Assembly (NCBI GenBank): GCA_964577155.1
Contig: CAZNYB010000001.1
Location: 3,250-67,249, forward strand
DNA length: 64,000 nucleotides
Direction: 5' to 3'
DNA from: an uncultured Thermomicrobiales bacterium
Lineage (GTDB): Bacteria > Chloroflexota > Chloroflexia > Thermomicrobiales > CFX8
Positions 50,740 to 57,932 of the stretch are shown piece by piece; the stretch's first letter is position 1; every line of letters begins with the position of its first letter. The notes beneath the pieces are model-generated. The model was given only the letters and a program-made list of their open reading frames with translations, searched no databases and had not been told where the DNA came from. Both the position numbers and the translations under genes were made by a program.

Positions 50740-50921
50740 GAAAATCTCCTTCCAATCGCCGGTGTATTGCCGTCTCACTTGCTCCGAAATTCACGATTAT
50801 AGGGTACACTGGCAGTCGTATTTGCCACTGCTGCGCACTGGCAATGTTTTGGCGAATTATCCGGTCATTTTTGACGGATCTGGGACAGTTTTCGCGTTGG
50901 TGCAGAGAGAGGAAAGACGAA

Positions 50922-52301
50922 GTGGTAACTGCAGTTCCGACCGCAGAACAGTACACCAGGAGTGCCCTGGACCATATCTGGTTGCATGACGCGTCATGGG
51001 TCGAACTGGCCGAAAGAAAAGGGCTGAAAGTTTTTGACCATGGCGATGGAGCGAGACTGTACGATGTCTACGGCAATGAGTACATCGATGGGCTTTCCGG
51101 ACTCTGGGTAGTCCAGGCAGGTCATGGACGTGCTGAAATTGGCGAAGCAATGGCGGAGCAAGCTCGAAAAGTTGCCTACGTCAATGCCGGATCGTTCACG
51201 ACAACCACCGGAGTTGCGCTAGCTGAAGAGATTTCTACCGTTCTTCCTGGCGACATGGACCGTCTATTTTTCGTGTCCGGCGGCTCGGAAGCTGTCGAAA
51301 CTGCTATCAAGATCTCCAAACAGGTTCAGGCCATGCGTGGCTTCCCGCGTCGCTACAAAGTCATTGCCCGGCGAGGTGGGTATCACGGTCGGACCATGGG
51401 TGCGCTCAGTCTGACCAGTATGCGTGAGGAAAAATGGTTCGGACCGTTCATGTACGGCGTCTCCCATGTGCCATCTCCTAACAACTACAAAACGCAGTTC
51501 CCGGGACTCTCCGGTGAAGAAGATGACATCGCCTGTGCCAATGCGGTTGAGGCGGAAATTGAGTTCCAGGGTCCGGAGACGGTTGCCTGTGTTATCGGTG
51601 AGCCAATCTCAACTTCCAATGGGCTGCAAGTTCCATCGCCGAAGTACTGGCAACGATTGCGTGAGATCTGCGACAAGCATGGCGTTCTACTGATCGCTGA
51701 TGAAGTCATCAACGGCTGGGGTCGCACCGGCAAGTGGTTTGCCGTTGAACACTTTGGAATCGTGCCAGATCTGATGACGATGGCTAAAGGTCTCTCGTCG
51801 GGCTACGCGCCGATTGCAGCGGTCGCTGTCCGTCCAACCGTCTTCGAGGGATTCAAAGAGCAGTCGGATATCGGGCTCGGGCACTTGCTTACCTTTGGTG
51901 GGCAAGCGGTAGCCTCAGCGGCAGCATTGAAGAACATTCAGGTGTTGAAAGATGAAAACCTGGTCCAGGCATCGGCTGATAAGGGTGAATACCTCCTCAA
52001 GCAGCTCAGCGAGTTGACAACGCACCCGTCTATCGCCCAGGTTCGTGGTCTCGGTCTGATGGTTGGCGTTCAACTGACCTCGAACAAAGAGACGAAAGCA
52101 AAGTTCGAGAAAGAATCGAAGTTTGTCAAACGGGTCAATGAGTTGATGAATGAGAAAGGTTTGCTCTGCCGGGTCTGGGATGTCATCCATGTTGCGCCGC
52201 CGTTCGTCACCACTACAGAGGAACTCGATCGCATCGTCACGGTCATTGATGAGTCAATCGGCCAGGCTGAGAAAGAGTTTCCTGAAGAAGTCAATGGCTG
52301 A
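50922..52301 (+). CDS. Class III (omega) pyridoxal-phosphate aminotransferase
   Basis: A GTG at 50922 is preceded by GAGAGGAAAG and gives a typical ~459-aa protein. Blocks: DGLSGLWVVQAGHG, VSGGSEAVETAIK, LLIADEVINGWGRTGKWF, and the PLP-lysine region DLMTMAKGLSSGYAP. Confidence 0.85.
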   Translation: MVTAVPTAEQYTRSALDHIWLHDASWVELAERKGLKVFDHGDGARLYDVYGNEYIDGLSGLWVVQAGHGRAEIGEAMAEQARKVAYVNAGSFTTTTGVALAEEISTVLPGDMDRLFFVSGGSEAVETAIKISKQVQAMRGFPRRYKVIARRGGYHGRTMGALSLTSMREEKWFGPFMYGVSHVPSPNNYKTQFPGLSGEEDDIACANAVEAEIEFQGPETVACVIGEPISTSNGLQVPSPKYWQRLREICDKHGVLLIADEVINGWGRTGKWFAVEHFGIVPDLMTMAKGLSSGYAPIAAVAVRPTVFEGFKEQSDIGLGHLLTFGGQAVASAAALKNIQVLKDENLVQASADKGEYLLKQLSELTTHPSIAQVRGLGLMVGVQLTSNKETKAKFEKESKFVKRVNELMNEKGLLCRVWDVIHVAPPFVTTTEELDRIVTVIDESIGQAEKEFPEEVNG

Positions 52302-52323
52302 CCTGACAGGTTTTGTAGGCTAT

Positions 52324-52353
52324 GACCCCGCCTGAGGCGGGGTCTTTCTTTAT
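52324..52353 (+). terminator. Rho-independent terminator after the class III aminotransferase
   Basis: GACCCCGCC-tga-GGCGGGGTC is followed by TTTCTTTAT. It begins 23 nt after the stop. Confidence 0.85.
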
Positions 52354-52422
52354 ACTCATACTTGCTGCAACTGCTGATAGAACGCTGGATAGTCGAGTTG
52401 TCATAACAGGGAGAATCGCCAC

Positions 52423-53448
52423 ATGAACGACATTACCCGCCACGATCGAGCAGTAGGAGCGATGATGGGTGTTTTTGTCGGTGATGCCCTGGGCCTTGGC
52501 TGCCACTGGTATTACAACACCGATAACCTGCAAGCCGAATATGGTCCCTGGGTTGATAACTATCGGGACAACAGCCCTGAACGCACCGACACGTTCGGCT
52601 ATATTGCTAAATACCGCTACGATCTTGGTTTGAGAGCCGGAGACCTCTCGCAGACCGGCCAGTTGAACGCCCTGTTGCTCGAATCAGTTGCCGAGCAAGC
52701 GGGGTATGACGAGGTAGATTTCACCGCCAGACTTGATGCATTTTTTGAATCTCTGGATGGCAGTGATCTCAGCGGGCGGTTTAGTGACTGGGCCGTTCGG
52801 GACACCTGGCGACACCGGCAGCTTGGCATGGCTTGGCATGAGGCTGGAAGTCTGGCGGACACCTCGGAGGCGGCACAACGAGCTGTCATTCTGGCTGCCA
52901 GGTACGCCGGGAACTACCATGAACTTGGCCGTCTTGCGCATAGCAATATCCGATTGACGCACCGTGATCGCTACGTTGCCGGCTGTTCACTAACTTTTGC
53001 GCTCGCAGTCGCCCTTCTGATCAATGGCATTTCCTGCCGCGATGTTGGAAATGAGTCAGGTCGACTGTTTCGCGACCCGACATTGTCACCGATGCTGGCG
53101 TCATTTGATGTTTCCCATCAGGTTGGCAACGGCTCCACCGGATGGCCGGAAGTTGACGTGGATCCGCGCGATGTCTGCAAGATCTACGGACTAGCATGTA
53201 CCCTCGGGTTCATGGCGCCTGCGGCCTACTATCTCATTCATCGATTCCCGGATGATTTCGAGTCAGCAGTCCTGTACGCGGTAAACGCGGGCGGAAACAA
53301 CATGGCGCGCGCCGCACTTACCGGAGCGCTATCAGGCGCGCTGGTAGGAGTTCAGGGTATACCTGAGCGATTCATAGCTGGTCTTGAAGACTCAGACCGG
53401 CTGCTGCAATTGGCCAAGGCCGTGGCAGTGGCTGCTGAAGAGGGATAA
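52423..53448 (+). CDS. ADP-ribosylglycohydrolase family protein
   Basis: The N-terminal DRAVGAMMGVFVGDALG and the C-terminal ..AVNAGGNNMARAALTGALSGA.. are typical of the DraG/ARH family. Confidence 0.75.
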   Translation: MNDITRHDRAVGAMMGVFVGDALGLGCHWYYNTDNLQAEYGPWVDNYRDNSPERTDTFGYIAKYRYDLGLRAGDLSQTGQLNALLLESVAEQAGYDEVDFTARLDAFFESLDGSDLSGRFSDWAVRDTWRHRQLGMAWHEAGSLADTSEAAQRAVILAARYAGNYHELGRLAHSNIRLTHRDRYVAGCSLTFALAVALLINGISCRDVGNESGRLFRDPTLSPMLASFDVSHQVGNGSTGWPEVDVDPRDVCKIYGLACTLGFMAPAAYYLIHRFPDDFESAVLYAVNAGGNNMARAALTGALSGALVGVQGIPERFIAGLEDSDRLLQLAKAVAVAAEEG

Positions 53449-53469
53449 AAGCTAGCCCGGATTATTCAC

Positions 53470-53922
53470 GGATGGTCGGGATGGGCGGCGAGCAGGAGCC
53501 AGAGTGGTTGTCCAGGATGAGAGCTGGCGAGGCGGAACCGGCGACCGGCCACAGGCGTGATCCATCACTCGGACCAGGGCAGCCAGTGCACCTCACTCGT
53601 CTTTGGCAAGCACTGTCAACGAGCCGGGATCGTCCCGTCGTGGGGGCGCGGGGGATTGCTACGACAACGCCATCACCGAGGCCTTCTTCGCGACCCTGGA
53701 GTGCGAATTGCTGCAACAGCATCGGTTTCGCACGCATACCGAAGCACGGTCGGCGCTCTTCGACTACATCGAAGGGTTCTACAACCCCCATCGCCGCCAC
53801 TCCGCCCTCGGCTATCGTTCGCCAGCTGCCTGCGAGCAGACCATTGACCTGACCGTCGCCGCATGAAAGGAGTTATCCTGATTAACCAGTGATGAGTTGT
53901 CCACTAAAGCGGGGTAACTCCA
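53470..53922 (+). pseudogene. IS3-family transposase (OrfB, rve/DDE integrase core) 3' remnant with frameshifts, plus a putative right terminal IR
   Basis: Fragments lie in different frames: ..SGWAASRS.. / ..ELARRNRRPATGVIHHSDQGSQCTS...GIVPS.G / ..GDCYDNAITEAFFATLECELL...FRTHTEARSALFDYIEGFYNPHRRHSALGYRSP... The N-terminal half (OrfA and the start of OrfB) is absent. The sequence ending ..GTCCACTAAAGCGGGGTAACTCCA at 53922 is a plausible IR ending in CA. Confidence 0.8.
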
Positions 53923-54216
53923 CCGCTTGAGCCGGTCGGTGCGCACGGCGGGGGTGGCCCGTTCGGCGACCAGCCGGGCTGGCAGGCGGGCTTTGGCGCT
54001 GAGCCGGATCGTTCTCAACAACAGCGCACTGGGGTAGATCGTGTACTCCCGGATCTCTTCATAGAAGAGCCAGATTCCGTTGGCAACGAGCCAGACATAG
54101 ATCCAGAATCCGAAGTTGCGAAGCTGGAAGAACTTGACCGGATAGCTCCAACCCGACTCGGCCAGTGTGTTGGATCGCTCTTCGGGCACACCAGTAGCGC
54201 TCATGGCTGCAACCAA
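53923..54216 (-). pseudogene. N-terminal fragment of a membrane protein gene, apparently truncated at the IS3 remnant
   Basis: The ORF 53812..54216 encodes a plausible TM start (FGFWIYVWLVANGIWLFYEEI...) and then reads into IS-derived sequence beyond ~53922. Confidence 0.35.
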
Positions 54217-54551
54217 ATCTCGGTGAATCGAATTCTGTTGATCATGTCTGCAATCTGCTGGGTTGTGCCTCGACTGACATTCGGTGGGTCCTCCACGTCG
54301 ACCTCGACGCCTTCATAGGTGAATGCGAACAGTCCGCTACTCGTTTCGACGCCAAACACTTCCGTCCCGACGCCGGTCACTCCCTGCGGCAGGGTTACCG
54401 AGAGCGTCCCGGCTTCGAACTCGATATCGTCACGCTGGTCACTCAGCTGCTGTACCAGCTCCTCGGAGATGTCATCAAAACGGCCTGTCTTGATGTTAAA
54501 GGTGACGCCCTCGCTAAAGACGGTTACGTTACCTCCTTCTACGTTCGCCAT
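54201..54551 (-). CDS. Hypothetical protein; possibly the 3' part of a larger gene interrupted by an in-frame TAG
   Basis: GAAGG lies 7 nt upstream of the ATG at 54551. The same frame stays open upstream of a TAG at 54570-54572 and encodes WPGLAVLGIALLWAGIMPAINEAIDGDAIEAGTVVDAGAGVEFTPAAG. Confidence 0.4.
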   Translation of the reverse strand: MANVEGGNVTVFSEGVTFNIKTGRFDDISEELVQQLSDQRDDIEFEAGTLSVTLPQGVTGVGTEVFGVETSSGLFAFTYEGVEVDVEDPPNVSRGTTQQIADMINRIRFTEIWLQP

Positions 54552-54813
54552 CGGCACGCCTTCGTATAGCTAACCTGCTGCCGGCGTGAACTCAACCCCG
54601 GCTCCGGCGTCAACGACCGTGCCAGCTTCGATGGCATCTCCATCGATGGCCTCGTTGATTGCCGGCATGATGCCTGCCCAGAGCAGGGCGATCCCAAGGA
54701 CGGCCAGTCCAGGCCAAATGGTTCAGCGATCAAGCCCCATGAAACGTCGTTCAACCGGCGGCCGATCCCCGATTTCCCACGCTTGCACCGTCAGTTCCAA
54801 TTCTTTCGGGTTA

Positions 54814-55791
54814 TTACGATCCAGTCTGTGCCAGTTCGGCTTGTGCGGCCTGGTCGACAGTTACGTCCGCCTTTGCCGCTAGCTCCCGGCGCATATAGAC
54901 GAAGGCGAGCAGCGCGGCGACGCCCCAGACAGTGGTCGAAATGATGCTACCCTCCGGGCCGAAATCTCCGCCACTCAGCAGATCTGTGGCATTCGACGTC
55001 TGTGCCAGCGAGACGATCGAATTCTCTTTGGTGGGGTTGCCGCTGACATCCAGCCCGAGGACATTCCCCTGGGCCCAGTTCCAGGCCGCGTGGATGCCGC
55101 AGACGAGCCAGAGCGATCCCTGTCCAAGCGCGATGAAGGTCGCGAAGAGCGCGAACAGCACCAGGTTGATGAGCACGAGCGGCTGGAATCCGCCTTCGTT
55201 CCCCAGATGGAGACTCATGAAAAGCAATCCTGGCAATGCGACGGCGAGCCAACCCGGGAGCTGAAGCGCTCCCACCTGTAGCTGGTAGCCGCGGTTGGCT
55301 GTTTCTTCGGTGGATCCCTGGATGATCCAGACGCCGAGCAGCAGGATGACCGGGATGAGTGCCGATGCGCCGCTGGTGACGCCCTCAGGCGCATCCACCC
55401 GCTCGTACTGGCCAAAGGCGATCGTCAGGAGGGTCACCGCAGCCATCATCAAAGCCCCGATGAGGAGACCCAGCCCGAAGCGCTGGAGGCCACCGGGGCC
55501 GATGAACCCGATCGTCCGACCCGGCCGCCGTTCTTTGTAGGCAACCCACATCACGAGCAATACAAACGTCACGAGCCAGGCAACGCCCTCGACAATCTGA
55601 GCCGTCGCCGACCCATCGCCGTAGTCGAGGATCGCGTCCATGCCCGGAATGATGATCGAGCCGGGAACAACGAAGCAGGCGACTGAGACGATGTAGGCCA
55701 GCCACCAGCGTGTCGGCCGTTCTGCTCCCGTCGCAGCCTGGACTAGCTCGGATCTCCGAACGATTGACTCAGCAGCTCGATCTTGATTCAT
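54814..55791 (-). CDS. CPBP-family (CAAX/Abi-like) intramembrane metalloprotease
   Basis: Polytopic membrane protein with all three family motifs: EETANR (EExxxR), FMSLH (FxxxH) and HAAWN (HxxxN). Confidence 0.8.
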   Translation of the reverse strand: MNQDRAAESIVRRSELVQAATGAERPTRWWLAYIVSVACFVVPGSIIIPGMDAILDYGDGSATAQIVEGVAWLVTFVLLVMWVAYKERRPGRTIGFIGPGGLQRFGLGLLIGALMMAAVTLLTIAFGQYERVDAPEGVTSGASALIPVILLLGVWIIQGSTEETANRGYQLQVGALQLPGWLAVALPGLLFMSLHLGNEGGFQPLVLINLVLFALFATFIALGQGSLWLVCGIHAAWNWAQGNVLGLDVSGNPTKENSIVSLAQTSNATDLLSGGDFGPEGSIISTTVWGVAALLAFVYMRRELAAKADVTVDQAAQAELAQTGS

Positions 55792-55846
55792 GGGTTGTAG
55801 CCCTTTCCATAGTCCGTTAGATCGGCAGAGTGAGGGTCGGTTGAGT

Positions 55847-55884
55847 CGCGAAAAACTCGACTTTACGCGAAAAACTCGACTTTA
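55847..55884. repeat. Perfect 19-bp tandem duplication (CGCGAAAAACTCGACTTTA x2) 56-93 nt upstream of the CPBP protease start
   Basis: Read directly: 55847-55865 is identical to 55866-55884. On the gene strand the units read TAAAGTCGAGTTTTTCGCG. Confidence 0.95.
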
Positions 55885-56055
55885 TATGCATGGGGAGATT
55901 AACGGTGAGTCCGTACTAGTGTCAAGCCCGAGGTCTATGGGAAATCGTTCTTGGCCATGACGCCACGTCGCGGACTCCACAGGGGCGTGCCAGTTCCAGC
56001 CAGGAACGGTCGGGGGCGTCAATCTCTGTGCGGCTAGGCTGGCTCTTCCCTGGGC

Positions 56056-56467
56056 TCACCAGATTCCTGTTGGTCTGCATTGGCCAACCGCTGCTCGTGG
56101 AGTGGCCGGTAGCGGTCGTAGGTCGAATGTTTCCTCATCGACGAGACTCCCCGTCACTATCGTGTCGATCGAATTTTCGAGACTGGAGAAGCGGATCGTG
56201 GCGCAACGTCGTAGCGTCGTTCTGGTCAGGATACCCGCAGGCAACCTGGAAGACGCGTTGGCGCATCAACGAGGTCTGCGGGTGGCGCACCGGACCGCTG
56301 AGCCACTCCGGGATGACCGCCGCCATGGCCGCACAGATCCCGACCGCATCCCCGGCTTCAGCCAACCAGAGCAGGCCACCATCACTGGTCAGCTGCTCGA
56401 GGTCAAAGCGGGCTTCGATGGTCCCGGATGGGCGGGCAAAGGTCGCCGATGGTGTGGCAGACTGCAT
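56056..56467 (-). pseudogene. IS1380-family transposase, N-terminal fragment (frameshifted and truncated)
   Basis: The first frame gives ..IEARFDLEQLTSDGGLLWLAEAGDAVG...LMRQRVFQVACGYPDQNDATTLRHDPLL, the typical IS1380/DDE_Tnp_1_4 N-terminus. The match continues after a frameshift as ..FSSLENSIDTIVTGSLVDEE.. and is then lost near 56056. Confidence 0.7.
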
Positions 56468-56554
56468 GAGATGACACCTCGTGGGCTGGATTCGATTTGC
56501 TACCTACACCCATACCAGAGAGGTGTCTTTCTGTCACCCTATGAATAATCCGGG

Positions 56555-56968
56555 CTAGGAGTGCCGAATTCGTTCCGGGGTAAGAACAAGTCGCACAAAG
56601 CTGGTTGCGACCTCTCGCCACTCCTCAAGCGTCGCAGCCCGTTCAGGATTCGACAGATCCCAGTATTTGTGAGCCAGACGCTCGGCGAGCTCAAATGCGC
56701 CATCCTGGTGAACGGTAAGGATGCCGTCAACGGCGACCCAGTACTCCGGCTCTTGCAGCGTATTCGACACCATCAGTGACGCATAGGGATTGGATTGAGT
56801 CCGGCGGACCTTTACAGCGTTTTGTGCGCTAAACATCTGGATCGTCTCGCCATCCCACTCGTACCAGATAGGGATGGAGACGGGCCACATTGCACCGGAA
56901 GATGTTGAGAAAACGCCAATTCGGGTATCTCGCAAATAGCTGTCGTTTTTAGCGGTCATGAATGGCAA
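56555..56968 (-). CDS. Pyridoxamine 5'-phosphate oxidase (PPOX) family / F420- or FMN-binding split-barrel protein
   Basis: ~135 aa with ..RIGVFSTSSGAMWPVSIPIWYEWDGETIQMFS...NPYASLMV.. typical of the PPOX split-barrel family. Its TAG stop (56555-56557) lies inside the CTAG flank of the IR-bounded element. Confidence 0.65.
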   Translation of the reverse strand: MPFMTAKNDSYLRDTRIGVFSTSSGAMWPVSIPIWYEWDGETIQMFSAQNAVKVRRTQSNPYASLMVSNTLQEPEYWVAVDGILTVHQDGAFELAERLAHKYWDLSNPERAATLEEWREVATSFVRLVLTPERIRHS

Positions 56969-57067
56969 ATCTGTTTTCCTTCACTGAGATATAGATAGAA
57001 CTAGAATGATCTATATTGATCATTGTGACTTGATGAAACTGCCACGTCTCTGGTTTTTAGTTGTCAT

Positions 57068-57700
57068 TTAACCCGCATCCTCTCGCAGAATGTCCCGGAG
57101 CCGTCCCAGACCATTTCGAACTCGAGTTTTGACAGTTCCAAGAGGAAGATCAAGGTGGCTGGCCATTTCACTCTGCGTCATACCAGAAAAATAGGCGAGT
57201 TCTATCAGTTCACGTTGCACTTCTGGTAGCTCGGTGACGGCGGCTCGTACGCGGTTGGCCTCTGTTTTTGTGACGACAAGATCTGATGGGTTTGGCTCGG
57301 TGTCGTGAAGCGTAGCTTCGAATACCTGAGAATCATCCGGAATCATCTCCCGACGCTGACGCCTGAGGATATCGATTGACCGGTTCCGCGCCACGCGATA
57401 GAACCACGGTGCGAATTTCCCTACGGTCGGATTGTAGCGCTCGGGTTTATTCCAGTAGGTGATGAAGACGTCCTGGGTGACATCTTCCGCCCGGGAAGGG
57501 TCTTTGAGAATGTTCATTGCGATAGAGTAGACCGTAGTCGCATGACGATCATAGAGCGTGCCAAATGCCTCGTGGTTACCTGCCCGAACACGTTCCGTGA
57601 GAATGGCATCAGCAGGGTAGCCGTCCGCTTCGACGGCAACCTGACGTTTCGCTGTCCCGCCGGCGGATTGTTTGGTTGACAAATCCGTCGTCTGATCCAC
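57068..57700 (-). CDS. ECF-type RNA polymerase sigma factor
   Basis: Region 2: AEDVTQDVFITYWNKPERYNP...FAPWFYRVARNRSIDILRR. Region 4: ELPEVQRELIELAYFSGMTQSEMASHLDLPLGTVKTRVRNGLGRLR. Confidence 0.85.
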   Translation of the reverse strand: MDQTTDLSTKQSAGGTAKRQVAVEADGYPADAILTERVRAGNHEAFGTLYDRHATTVYSIAMNILKDPSRAEDVTQDVFITYWNKPERYNPTVGKFAPWFYRVARNRSIDILRRQRREMIPDDSQVFEATLHDTEPNPSDLVVTKTEANRVRAAVTELPEVQRELIELAYFSGMTQSEMASHLDLPLGTVKTRVRNGLGRLRDILREDAG

Positions 57701-57932
57701 AGTTGCCGAGTCCCGATCGTCACATCACACGAAATTAACCTGGGCACTGGCCGCCCACCCGAGAGACATCCTATCGTGAAATCACCCAACCTGTCTTGAT
57801 ATTTGAACTACCGGAGATGGATATTCCGCCAAAAATCGAAATTGAAGGTGGCGGATTGGGATGTTTAGGCTTATTATGAGTATGTTCGTCGACGGTGATG
57901 GCATCTAACATTCGTTGAGTGCTGTGTGCACT

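Larger units (their letters stand above)
53456..56554. mobile_element. Inverted-repeat-bounded 3.1-kb mosaic with IS1380-family-like termini (CCCGGATTATTCA...) flanked by CTAG on both sides; the interior is degenerate
   Basis: CTAGCCCGGATTATTCA at 53452-53468 is exactly reverse-complementary to 56542-56558. The right copy lies just upstream of an IS1380-type transposase N-terminal fragment. The interior also holds an IS3-type transposase 3' remnant, broken ORFs and a CPBP protease gene. Confidence 0.6.

Noticed and set aside
50673-50921. An 83-codon N-terminal extension of the class III aminotransferase ORF, overlapping the divergent MOSC gene.
   Set aside because: The extension is Cys/Arg-rich and unlike the family N-terminus. 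A GTG at 50922 with a GAGAGGAAAG SD gives the normal ~459-aa length.
54570-54572. The in-frame TAG read as pyrrolysine or programmed readthrough.
   Set aside because: No pyl genes or other recoding signals are visible, the upstream part also lacks a start codon, and the site lies in a region of obvious gene decay. A nonsense mutation or two separate ORFs is far more likely.
56028-56548. Two 148-aa plus-strand ORFs (56028..56474 and 56102..56548).
   Set aside because: They are antisense to the IS1380-type transposase fragment, are Arg-rich and have no motifs.
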